In this document: piece by piece, positions 26,191-37,621 of the stretch
Numbering within the stretch: position 1 is the stretch's first letter
How the letters are laid out: every line of letters starts with the position of its first letter
Origin: Penicillus capitatus
Taxonomy: Eukaryota > Plantae > Chlorophyta
Direction: 5' to 3'
Assembly: GCA_965649825.1 (NCBI GenBank)
Contig: OZ287707.1
Coordinates: forward strand, 488,292-552,291
Length of the DNA stretch: 64,000 nucleotides
Notes under the pieces: model-generated
What the model saw: the letters and a program-made list of their open reading frames with translations, nothing else
Database searches by the model: none
What the model was told of the DNA's origin: nothing
Program-made: the position numbers and the translations under genes

Positions 26191-26194
26191 AAAA
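26191..26194 (-). terminator. Pol III terminator (T4) of tRNA-Leu
   Basis: TTTT begins 4 nt after the discriminator base on the minus strand. Confidence 0.6.
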
Positions 26195-26197
26195 CGC

Positions 26198-26277
26198 TGT
26201 CGCGAGTGGGATTCGAACCCACGCCCCGAAGGATGCGGACCTTAACCGCACGCCTTAGACCGCTCGGCCATCGCGAC
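26198..26277 (-). tRNA. trnL-AAG: tRNA-Leu (anticodon AAG), 80 nt, intronless, long variable arm
   Basis: Acceptor GTCGCGA/TCGCGAC+A. D-arm GCCGAGCGGTCTAAGGC. Anticodon stem TGCGG-TTAAGGT-CCGCA. T-arm GTGGG-TTCGAAT-CCCAC. Confidence 0.97.
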
Positions 26278-26457
26278 ATGACAAAAACGTCGATATGGAC
26301 ACGCTATCATTCACCACATCTAATACCGATGGATCATCCTTCCGTCCAGCTCCACGACCACCACGACCTCAATTTACCATGTCAAAAACTGAAAAGATGC
26401 ATCGAGCAATGAAAATCTACAGACAGTAGAGACTCGATGAATACGGCATTGGTGTTG

Positions 26458-27966
26458 TTACACATGGTGCTTTGTCGACAGCACGCCGTCGATGTTGTTC
26501 TTTCTCACAAAGATCGATGTGCACAAAGATTTTGTTGTTGGGTGACGGCGCTGGGCAGAGAGATTTGGATGCTGTCCCAGAAATACGGACATACAGATAC
26601 GGTGGCTTCTCTGTAGATAACGCGGTTCAGATACCAGAAGGTCTTCATCGACGACATCAGGGATCTATTTTGCCTTACCCGTCATATTTCACCACCATCG
26701 CCGGTTTGGATCGTGTGAACGCTAATCGTCGCCGACTCGGTGGAGTCAAGCTTCTGCGTCCCTGACATGTGACATCATGTACTCCACGCGCCTGTCGGTT
26801 CCTTTTCGGCGAAGCATCTATTTTCAGAAGAGGCGTCGTTTCTTGGCTTGAATCAAGGACTCAATTGTCCTGTGATGGTTGCATAACAACCGTATCTCGT
26901 CAGCGACAACTAAGCACATCCTATCCGTTCACCGCTGCCAATTCCTAGGCATCATTGCACGTATGGTCTCACAGCAAAGTGTCCTACCTTGTGATAGCAA
27001 TCGATTGTGTCCTGCACATCTCCCGCATCGTGATTCGAACGGCCAGCAAATGACACATTTTGGCCGCATTCACTTCACTGCCGCGCATCTAACGAGACTC
27101 CGAATTTTGCCTCCGCCTATGCAGCCCATCGCCCATCAAGTGCGTCGCAATTTTTCACCCCTCTCCTTCATCGCTCCACAGTCCCCAGATTCAAGATTCC
27201 GTCAACAACAGCGACATGGGCCTCGTCTTCGCTTTCACTTGCGCGATGAGACCCGTCTAGCACTTGCGGCTTGTCACCCTTTGCCGGTTTTCGATCGACT
27301 GTCGCCATTCATTACAGCAGAACAAGTATTGCCCTTCTATGCTTGCCTAGTCAACGTTGATGTATGTGTTGACCCCTTAGCTAGCAGATATTTATAGAAA
27401 CTTCACGTCCACCGATGTCTCTGAACTGTTGCCGCTTCGGTCGACAACGACACAGACACACGTCTCTTCGTTATGGGACACAGAAGACGTAGTTTCGTCA
27501 CTGACGTCAGGCGACCAACGAAAGACGTCGCGTGTCACCGACACAAAGAAAGTAAGAAACAGTGCGATCGAGTCATCATTACGGTCATCTCTGTGCAGTG
27601 TGTGCAGTATCCTGCCTTTGCATTAGGTTTGCAGAAGAACGAAGAATTGTTAAATGCCCTGCCTGTATCACGAGTATCCCGCAATGGAACGTCATCTCTG
27701 CTTTCTTCATCTGGCAAGACTTCTTCAAGATGGAAAGTTTTTCGAAGATTTCTTTGTATGAGCGCTCCCAGCAAACAGGCAGCGTCGTCGATTCGTCGAA
27801 GCGGCACGGCGATGCGATCTTCGTCACTCATGGCGTCGTCACCTGGCACAAAATACTCCGCACTGGATATGCAGTCGGAAAACTATGAAGGATGGATTTC
27901 GAGTGCACAGGAAGATGCGCATGTCGGCCTAACCTGTACACATTCCGCGGATTTATCCATTGGCAT
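26458..27966 (-). CDS. Hypothetical multi-exon protein
   Basis: Exons join in phase (MPMDKSAECVQ|FSDCISS...RDT|RRILHTLHRDD...DVFRWS...CVVVDRSG). The 3' exons are ambiguous and no domain was recognised. Confidence 0.4.
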
Positions 27967-28858
27967 TTCTTTTCAAGAGCCGTCTCACAAAAGCTCAGGA
28001 TCAAGCAGTAGCAGTCATTGCTTATCTTTTGTTTCCGCGCCTTCTTCTCATGAGTTAAAGTTAGAGAGAGCAGTATCGATGCAATATCGATCTATTCGTA
28101 ATTGATGATGATGATCTGTTATCTGATTTCCAGTTGCCACCCCTGTCGTTTTCCGTCAAGTTTTGCTGTCGATGGCCCCTTCTTCTCTAAGGACGATAAT
28201 AAAGGCACTCATTCCAGATAATAAGGCTCTCCCTTTTTGAACAATCCAAACCACAACAGATAATTCGCTAATTCGGCATTTACGCAGAATTCGTGAATCG
28301 TTCACTGCAACGCTCGGGTTAGCAAGACCAGTATGGCCCTGATGAAGGGGGAATTGACTGTGTGCTGATCATTATTTGATGAAATCGTCCAATTCCAGAT
28401 AAACGGATCGATTTCTGATGCTTTGATTCTCAGTGGTCGAATCTTCCGATTCTCATCTTTGATGTTTCCCTCTTTAAATGTTAGCTGGTTGTATGCTTTG
28501 CGCGTTTGAGGCTTTCTCCATGTCATATGATACCTGTCAATGACAAGCTGAATGGAACAAGCTGACAAGACACATGACCGCGTTTACTTTGTATGCTGTG
28601 TTTGAAGAAACAGTAACCTCAAATGCATGTATTTGATGACGTTGTCACGTCCTTACCGTCAGCTCCTACTTTCCTTCTAACCACACAACATACTCCTTAA
28701 ATCTGATGTTCGCTTCTCAAAAATCGGGTGGGATTTATGATTTTCTGCTCTTATCGAACTCTTGAGAAGACAAATGGACGATGATTTGAACGCATTCCGT
28801 CGTCCATTGCCAAAACTCGTTGTCATTGTCGTCGCGATCCAGACATCGAACAGATTGA

Positions 28859-29917
28859 ATGGACGTCTTTTCACTGTGCCGTGAGAAGACGTCGCTCTCA
28901 CAGAGGTAATTCATTTGTTCTTCATGAGCAACACGTCGTGGTCCGTTGTCCCTTCGGGGTCTTCTGCTTCCCTATCCGTCTTCTCGAATCGTAGATACAG
29001 GACTTATGCCGGGATCAGTGTCGTGGGTTTCTTATGGCTCTTCGGCCTTTTTAGTGTGTTCCTGTCGCCTGCGCCGATGGGGATCACTACAGAAATGCAG
29101 AAGCGTTATGATATAAAACTCGAAGAGGCTCTCAAAGTCGAAGCTCGGCGTCACATTGCTCACGAAGAATACATGCGCGCCCACATGCACACCAATGAAG
29201 CCAAAGTGTGGTTCTGGTGGTTCAAGTCTGCCGCTCGGTGCGATTCTGCCCATCATCCTTACGTCAACAGTATCTTTCTCCCTTTTAGGAAAGAAGTCCG
29301 AGAACGACAGGTTCCAGAGAAGGAAGCCTACGGGCACTACAGAGCGCTGGATGCTCAGTACCGTGCTGCTATACAGGATGCTAAATCTGAGTTGGGTATC
29401 TGGACAGTAGCAGGCGTCGGAGAGATTCGTCACCTGTTCTGGGAATCGTATAAAACAGGAAAGCTCTTGGCACAGAAACAAACACTGTTCGACATCTTGG
29501 AACTACTCTTTTACGGAGACAGAGATGCTGATCCTTTTCTCAGGTCTCTTCACCTCATTACACAGATGGCCCTCTACAAGACGAAACTGATGTGACAGGC
29601 TTATTCAGTTTCTTGCGCTCGCCGTCTGCAACTTTGCCACTGCCACAGTCAGCTCACTCTTTGTTTTCATAGCAGGCTTGCCTTGTTTTATCCTCAGTTT
29701 CAATCCCGGGTTCTGGAGTGGTCTTCTGTTTTTTCTCACCTGCTTGATTGGAAGCATCAGTGTTATTGGAACCATTCTGCTGCTGCTTAGTGGAAGCTTT
29801 GTCGCTGTTGTTTTTGCAATGGATGAATGCCGAGGTGAGATCGGATACAGAGCGCCCTACAGACGAACGGGGCGCTACAGACGAAGGAGGCTAAATCATC
29901 GGTCACACTTTGATTGA
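28859..29917 (+). CDS. Conserved-looking hypothetical multi-pass membrane protein
   Basis: Exons join in frame (SQR|YRTYAG..., FLR|LIQFLAL...). N-terminal TM, helical region WESYKTGKLLAQKQTLFD, three C-terminal hydrophobic segments. Confidence 0.7.
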
Positions 29918-29920
29918 TGA

Positions 29921-31882
29921 TTAAAAAGGAAATGCTAAAGACCAAGAGAAGACGTGGGCACGACAGGACTGCCACACTCTTGCATCGCATTGTCGAATTC
30001 GCTGCGGTTTTCTGAGCTCTGCAACGAGACTCAGCATAAAACCATCATCCAGAAATTCAAGATTGTTGAAAGCCCAAATGATATCACAAATGTCTTTGGA
30101 CGTGTAATTTGGCAATCGTTCTGGACGTCGCATTTCGGAAGCGAGTTTCCTCAAAACGTCTGCATCTCGCACACTGACGGTAGCCATTCCTAATACGATC
30201 GTTGAGAAATTATGCTCCATGTACTTCTTCAGTCGGTGGGATTGAACAGCTTCTTTCCCCAGCGTTCTGTAGAAGCTCTCGTCTTGAATGCCAATCAGCG
30301 CGGCACAGGAAATGATGTTTGCCAATTCCTGTACCTTGAATCTTCGCAGTCGCTCACTCTGAACGATTTCTTTCATCAACGCATCCAAGATAGGTGGATA
30401 GGCGAATTCCACGCGTGAGAAGCCGTACAGGATGTTGGCCAGATGTTGAGTTTCCATCTCTAACAGACGTCCCGTTTTCAGAAGGTAGTCTGACAGAGTG
30501 TAAAGCATTCCTTCGTCTTTGACCTGGTTCAGTCCAAATCCATAGATGATGTTCGAGATCTCCTGTCCGGTGAACTTCGTCAAGCGCTGGTAATTGGCAA
30601 TCTCTCGTGCCAGTGCTTGCAGAGCTGCGGGTTCTGGCGCTCTCAGCAATCCACATCCATAAACGATATTTGCTAGCTCCTGCTCCTTGAACCCCGACAG
30701 TCGATTGGTGACGGCAATCTGTTCGCATAGTGCGGTAACGAGTTCAGGTTGTGAGGGAAAGAGAATGGGCGGTGTCTCTTGAATATAGAGCTGAAAGAGA
30801 TCTACCAGACGCATACCCTTCTCCGCCGCAAAGACCAGTAATTGGAAACGGCTGAGGATACCAATAGAGTAGAGCATGATAGAGATGTCACAACCATCCA
30901 TCTGCATGACCAGGCGCTCTTGCAGTATTCGCTGCGACATCTTCTCCATAAAGTCTCGGTGGATATACCTCAATTTGCCGCATGAATAGAAGAGCCGCGC
31001 AAGTTGATTGCTTCGTGCCTCGGACAACAGAGGGATTCCTTTTCGTGCCAAAGAATCCAGGAATGTCTCTGGAGGTCGAGGAAAAATATTTCTCAGTGAG
31101 GTGAAAGCTGAAGCCACGTGACTAAAACGGACTTTGTCTCCCAAGCCGTCGAGAGCTTCTTTGAACTGTGGCCACTTGACAAAGTCGGAAAACTTGATGA
31201 AATCGTCTTTCTGTGGACGCAGCGATGCTGGATCGAACACATCATCGTCCTCCATCGACTCTTCCTGCGTCGTATTCAGCTCCATTATTGGTTCGTTGAT
31301 GTTCTCTTCTTCTACTCCCTCCTCTTCTGGTTTCTCCTCCTCTTCTACTCCCTCCTCTTCTACTCCCTCCTCTTCTACTCCCTCCTCTTCTGGTTTCTCC
31401 TCTTCTTGTACGACAGGCTGTTCTTCGATCGAGGAATGCATGTCGGATGCTGATTCTGCTGCGTTTGTCGTTTCTTCTGTCTCCTTTTCGGACACCTCTG
31501 TAGAGGCGTCTGCGTTGTCAGATGGTTCGGAACTTGTTTGCAGGTCATCTGCTGGACAGGGGACATCTGTCTCTGTCGTATCATTATCGCCTGTCGATAG
31601 CGATAGCCACCGACTCCACCCCTGGGCAGCGTTCCGCGGGAGATTGAACGGTGTCCCTAGTCGGGATCTGCCTTTCCGAGCTGTCTGACAAAGGAATGCG
31701 GTCGGTGTCGCTATGTGAGGGTTGAACGAAGTATGCAGTGCACCGTGGGAAGTTGGACATCTCGATGCGAAGCATCCTAAGCGAAAGAGGTCCGGGTGAT
31801 GACAGACACATGGATGCTGATAGAACGACGGACCACATCTCAGATCGCGCCACAGCGTTGCGACGCGTTGTGTTTGTCGCAT
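29921..31882 (-). CDS. Organelle-targeted helical-repeat RNA-binding protein (OPR/FASTK-like)
   Basis: Transit-like N-terminus and an acidic linker, then tandem 39-aa repeats of the form FKxQELANIxYGxGLL...L..LA.E....RL. The 3' end may extend to 29787 via an intron. Confidence 0.8.
   Translation of the reverse strand: MRQTQRVATLWRDLRCGPSFYQHPCVCHHPDLFRLGCFASRCPTSHGALHTSFNPHIATPTAFLCQTARKGRSRLGTPFNLPRNAAQGWSRWLSLSTGDNDTTETDVPCPADDLQTSSEPSDNADASTEVSEKETEETTNAAESASDMHSSIEEQPVVQEEEKPEEEGVEEEGVEEEGVEEEEKPEEEGVEEENINEPIMELNTTQEESMEDDDVFDPASLRPQKDDFIKFSDFVKWPQFKEALDGLGDKVRFSHVASAFTSLRNIFPRPPETFLDSLARKGIPLLSEARSNQLARLFYSCGKLRYIHRDFMEKMSQRILQERLVMQMDGCDISIMLYSIGILSRFQLLVFAAEKGMRLVDLFQLYIQETPPILFPSQPELVTALCEQIAVTNRLSGFKEQELANIVYGCGLLRAPEPAALQALAREIANYQRLTKFTGQEISNIIYGFGLNQVKDEGMLYTLSDYLLKTGRLLEMETQHLANILYGFSRVEFAYPPILDALMKEIVQSERLRRFKVQELANIISCAALIGIQDESFYRTLGKEAVQSHRLKKYMEHNFSTIVLGMATVSVRDADVLRKLASEMRRPERLPNYTSKDICDIIWAFNNLEFLDDGFMLSLVAELRKPQRIRQCDARVWQSCRAHVFSWSLAFPF
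31305..31406. repeat. Coding tandem repeat (15-nt unit) encoding EEEGV/EEEKP
   Basis: CTACTCCCTCCTCTT repeated on the + strand, plus a duplicated CTGGTTTCTCCTC block. Confidence 0.85.
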
Positions 31883-33488
31883 GTCGTCCGACGGACTCGA
31901 CTCGTAATGAATGATAATGACACCATGTGTTTTTTCTTCTGTGATCACGTTGCGTAGAATTGAATGACAACGAAGGTCAATTGACTTACTGTAACGCATT
32001 TGTTACAAGAGTATGGAGACTTGGAGATTATTGTAAACATGATGCAACGGAAACGAAGCGATAACAGAAACGGATTATTACAGAAAGCTCGAGAATTAAA
32101 AAGCGATCCATCCGTTCTTCTCTAACCCGCGTCTTCCGAAGATTGTGTCTGTGCTTTGCCTCTCTCCCCCTTGTCAATTCTTCTTCGTACAACGAGCCCG
32201 ACTGCGGCGTTTAGAACCGCGGCTCTCAGACTCGTCTTTTGTTTCCATGACCACGTCCCTATCTCCGCAGCGAGGTCCGGTACAAGCGGCCTCCCGCGGC
32301 AAAGTCCGATTCGATGTTTGACAAGAACTTAATGAAGCCACAACCCGTTCGTTTTTTCCGAATCGCTTACTCCTCAGTGTTCGCTAAATAAAGACCTCAA
32401 GAGCATCACAGACACTGCAATCTGAAAGCACGCAAGTCTGTTGCCGTTTGCGACGACCAAAGCGTGACGGAGAGCATGTGCAAAATTGCGTTACTTACAA
32501 ATGGGTCTCTCCCCACCTTCGGTCGGGCGAAAAACTTCCGCTCCATCGGTTAAGCGTTCCGGTGACAATTGTCGGCTGATATATAGAACGGTAATGCACC
32601 GTGCTCGCAACGCGGCCGGATAGTCAGCGTAATGGATACTGTTTGTTTTATCAATGTAAAATTGACAGTTGGACGTTACTTACTGCCTCTTCCACGTGCA
32701 CGAAGAACACTTATGCTTTGCTTTGTCTATCGGTTCTTCGTTCGAATCGTGAAAAACATGGTTCGTCAAAATATCGGCTGCTTGAAAAATGTCAAGGGAC
32801 AGCTGTTAGCTTCGCTGTCGTACTATCTGGACAACTGTCCACTTTCGGGTCACACCAACGTCTGGATACTTAAACGCGTCCCCTGTATGGAACTCTGTCT
32901 CGTTTGTAATCCAATCTGTTCCTTAAAGCTCAGAAACTGAATTGGAAAGAGATTTTTGAACACAACTGGTTCTCATTTGCCAAATTTCTTGAATCCATCT
33001 GTGTTGGTTGGATTCGTGCACCCTGAAAAAACGAAGTTCGCATGGAAACCGAATACTGTATCGCTCCGGGCTGATTTGTTATTCAAAAGCCCGTGTAAAT
33101 CCCACAAACTTCTCTCTCTCGTTCGTAGTCCATCTCTGTGTTTGTGGCATCCTACCTCCACGACATCTCTTGCTGATGAAGCTTGAAACCCTGTTGTTTG
33201 TCGGTTCGGTATATTGGTCGATGTAGATGAATGAATCCTTGTTTCCTTTAGCAGTATTCGTCTATTTCATCCTTCCTGGCATCGTACTATGGCACGTATG
33301 TGAATTGTTACTGATGTTTCAAAGATAGTGCTCAGACGAGTTCTAACCATTTCAGGGTTTTTTTTTTTGCAATGGCCTCCTTGGAAGCACTTTGCTCAAC
33401 ATTCGGTTAACCTAGTCTTTCACGGACTCTTGGGTTCAAACCCGAATTTCGGAAATCTCCTTGGTCATGTGTACATGTGATCGATGCG

Positions 33489-35266
33489 CTATTGCTCTCT
33501 AAGTGAAAGGACTTTGTAAGGATTCAAAATGCCTTTTGGATCGAATAGCCTTTTCATTCTTCTCATCCATTCCACAGCAGAAGTGCTCTTGGAGTACCAA
33601 ATATTGTCGGGCAGCTTCAAACCAAGACCGTGTTCTGCGCTGATGCTCCCTCCCTGTTTTGCTGTCCATTCGAACACAAACGGCTCAATTTTTGATCGGA
33701 TCTCCGGCGAATGTGCTGAATGCCTGGTCGAAATGGCCAAATGCAAATTGCCATCTCCCAAATGACCAAATCCAGCGACCAAACAATCCGAGTCCTTCAA
33801 TCGAACCCGCAATGCATCCAGAAGAGGAGAAATGGCATCGAGCGGTAAACTCAAATCATACTTGAATACAGCACCTGATACACATCCACCTTGCCCGTGT
33901 GGAGAGTATGAGATTTGGGACATGCCTCTGAGGGACAACGCCTGTGTGCAGTTCTCTCTGATTTTCCACATATTTTGAGTTTGTGTCATGTCCTGGGCCA
34001 ATACACCGTCTACTACTGTACCGTCCAATAAAACCGTCTGCAGTTGTATACATCCTGCTGTGAGGCACAAGTAAATGAACGGATGACCTCTAAGAAAGCA
34101 CTCAGCTTCTCTTTATCATGATCGTCGTTGCTTCCAGAGGTCTCGACAAGAAGAATGATGTGATCCTGACTGTGTTTTAGGGGATTCTGCAATTCTGTGA
34201 AGAAAGCAAAGGGCATGTGATAGACAACGGTATCCATGAACTCCACCGCAGAGAGAATTTCCCCCAAGGATTTCTTCGCCGATTGCAATACATCGAGAGC
34301 TCTGGGGAAATCCTTGACGGCCAAAAGACATGTGTTTTGCGCAACACTTCGGGGAGGACAGTACAGATCGACAGCTGTGATCACCCCTAAAGTGTGAGAA
34401 GGTTCACAGAGTTCTTCAGAACGGGTACCGCTCTCACCCAACGTTCCTTCTGATCCAATAAAGAGTTGCTTCAGATCATAGCCAGTGTTGTCTTTTCTCA
34501 GCGATGACATCAAATCCACGACTTCTCCATCGGCCAGTACGACATTGATTCCCAATACATTGCCATGCAGGGATCCATACCTCATCAGACGAATACCCCC
34601 TAAGGACCGATTCCATGACAGCAAAGAAGAGAAGAGTTACCTGCATTTGTGGCCAGATTGCCACCTATCTGACAGGAGCCCTTTGCTGCCAGATCCAAAG
34701 GGACCATGAATCCCTTCTCTTCGACAAATCGGTCGAGTACTTCCAGTATACAACCTGCTTGACAGGTCAAAACGCCTGTTGCCTACAGACCCACCAATAT
34801 CAACAGACGCTTCCTTGTCACCGAGAGTCAGACATCGTTGAAATGAAGGATCTTGTTCATCTTGCTCATGTTCAGCAAAATCTCATCGAAGACTGGAACA
34901 CCTCCCTGTACCAATCCTGTGTTGCCTCCTTGTGGGACAACAGCCAGACTCCTTGAGTGACAGTGCTTTAGAACAGTGGATACATCCGAACAGGAGCTCG
35001 GAAAGAGAACGATCTTTGAGTCTCCTTCATGATGTCCCAACCAATCCCTTTAGTGTTTCACTCGATTCAACTAGCCTTGACTTCTCGTCGCACCTGTTGT
35101 ATTTCGATAGCTCGTGGGATTGGGTGAGAACGCGATGGGATCCTAACACCTCTGTAAAGTACTGCACATCAGATTGTTGCAGTGTGGCGAAACTCGGATC
35201 CCTCGTTCGGAATGTACTAAGAGAACGACAGAGCCACGAGATTGCCTGTTTCGCCTGATATCGCAT
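33489..35266 (-). CDS. D2HGDH: D-2-hydroxyglutarate dehydrogenase, mitochondrial
   Basis: [86 protein letters not shown]. Start may be further upstream (35428). Confidence 0.93.
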
Positions 35267-35817
35267 GACCCAATGACACCAGATAATGCCGTTAACCAGA
35301 AAAGCCAAGAGAACGCAAAATTCCGCTCTCATCGTTACAGAGATGAGATAACCATCATGGCCTGCATACAACCGTCGACCCCATCCTTCCCAGTGCACTT
35401 CCCTCAGCAAGGCTCTGATGCAGAGCATGTTGTGGCAAATGACCATGCAGATGATTTGGATGTGCATCTGAGCAGAGTCTGTGGCTGATGATGCTTTTTG
35501 AACAGGAAGCCATCGTTTTACGTGGTGATGAAATGGTTGACTGAGTCAACACTTTGTCATCAGCGCCATTCGAGCAATAGTATCGAGCAGTAAACGTATT
35601 CCAAGTAATGAGGGCGGATTTCTCGACGATTCAGTAAACGACATCTTCCCTCGGACTCCGTTCTGCTGAACGACGCAGAAACCCGACCTTGCGTACAGTC
35701 ATAAGTAACGCGACTTTCGCTCTCTAAACGCCTCCTGACAGATGTTCCTTCGCCTAGTCGCGCGCCTCGTCCTGGCGGATCTTTTTTGGGCCTGCTTCTG
35801 CATTGCCTCAGACCGTC

Positions 35818-36606
35818 ATGAGTACCACCGTCGCTGGACTGGACGTGACCAAAATGGAAGTTACTGAAGAAGACTTGCACCGACTCTACTCTTGGATCGA
35901 CGATATCCCTCTTTCGAGGCCAAAAAGGCACTTCACCCGTGACTTCTCGGATGGAGTACTGATGGCAGAAGTCATGCGTTACTATTTCCCCAAGCTGGTG
36001 CAGATGCACAACTATAGCTCTGCTAACAGCACCCGACAGAAAATTTACAACTGGGAGACGCTCAACCGTAAAGTTATGCAGAGAATCGGAATCGAAGTTC
36101 CCCAGGCACATTTAGAGGCAATTGTCAATTGCGAGCCGCGTGCCATCGAAAGCTTGCTGAAGCTGGCGAGGGTTCAGATACTGAAACGCCAAGCCATGCC
36201 GACAGCTCGCAGTCCTCGTTCCGCGACGCCCGAGGGCGGCAGTATCCACGGCGAACACGGAGAAGATGCCAACAACCGACATACCATAGGAAGCTCTGGC
36301 AGGACGAAGAAGGGAACAACTTCACGCTCTCGTCGCATCTCCCACATTCCTCGAGCACCTTCTCAGTTGAGCATGACTCCGCCACCCGTGGCCAGTAACC
36401 TCCGTCGACCCAAGTCAAGCTTCGATGTCTGTTCGAGCAACGAGAAGGATATTATGATAAAGGAATTACAAGAAACTAACGAACTGCTCTTGGCTAAAAT
36501 AAGCAAACTCGAGCAACTCCTGAATCTGAAAGACAGAAAAATCGAAAGCCTCGTAGCGAAACTGCAGGCAGCCAACAACATTTACAGCAGCTCACCGAGT
36601 CCATGA
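35818..36606 (+). CDS. SPEF1: Sperm flagellar protein 1 / CLAMP-like (CH domain + coiled coil), intronless
   Basis: LYSWIDDIPLSRPKRHFTRDFSDGVLMAEV...HNYSSANS...NWETLNRKV, and C-terminal coil KELQETNELL...KDRKIESL. Confidence 0.92.
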   Translation: MSTTVAGLDVTKMEVTEEDLHRLYSWIDDIPLSRPKRHFTRDFSDGVLMAEVMRYYFPKLVQMHNYSSANSTRQKIYNWETLNRKVMQRIGIEVPQAHLEAIVNCEPRAIESLLKLARVQILKRQAMPTARSPRSATPEGGSIHGEHGEDANNRHTIGSSGRTKKGTTSRSRRISHIPRAPSQLSMTPPPVASNLRRPKSSFDVCSSNEKDIMIKELQETNELLLAKISKLEQLLNLKDRKIESLVAKLQAANNIYSSSPSP

Positions 36607-37621
36607 AAACGTCGTGTGAATGTCAAGACCCTTTCTCACAAAACAATGGTTTCCTCCTTTCCCTTCACCGCAACGGAAGAATATCTCCTGTTCTCTATTG
36701 CCCATCTCATTCATTGTTGCAGAATCGATCCTGTTCAAAGACCTGGAAACACACATTCCCGCATTCCTGAAGAAATAAACCAGGCATCCCTCTGTATGTC
36801 ACCCGCTCCTTTACACATGTGTTTATCTCAGAACCAACAGATGATCCACCAAGAGAAGTGGAAAAAGTTTGGTTCCATCGGTTTCTTTTCGCCTCTTTTG
36901 TCTCGGGAATGGGTGTTAGTGCTTCAGCTGTTTGGCAAGATTATGCGTGGAATGTGATTCTATGTTGTTTTCTGCGAAGATGGTCATCCATGGCAATTGC
37001 GAGCTCATGGCTTTGCAAAACTGTACCTGACGATTTATGATGATGATGACTCAATCATTGTGTCTTGCTGTGGATGATCAACTAACTTCATGGCAGTTTT
37101 TAGTATTCTTTAAGCCAATTTGACACAGTGCGTGTTTTCACGTTAGCTGTTGATACATCTGTAAAGTGCATTACCGTTGCGGAGAGAGATGATTTGGTGA
37201 GATTCCTTTTAATCAAATAGACGTCTTCCTGTTGTAGAACGAAGAAGGGAAAATAATACTACCGTTACCCAGAGACGCCATCTCTCCGGACACACTTACC
37301 ACTGCGGTACCCAGCAACAGAGGTCTTGAAGCTACACTTAATCCGCTGACATAACCCACTCGTTTGTGATAAACTCAGCAGCACGTGTAATCTGCATTTT
37401 GTAACGAAACAGAAAATCTCTCGAACATAACAAACGAACCTGCGAACTTTTTGGCCTCTCTAAAATCTTTCTGAGAAGTCAAAGGAAGGAAACTGCAAGA
37501 AAGTCCCCATCACAATTGTCGATAGGAAGATACTTGACGTGGTTGGTGTGTGGCGATCGAATCGTGGCTATGTCACACTGACGATGACGCCAGATTATCG
37601 AGAGTGCGTTTTGGTTTGATA

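Noticed and set aside
36616-37060. Small spliced gene downstream of SPEF1
   Set aside because: The 3' exons can be joined, but every upstream junction I tried hits a stop; left unresolved.
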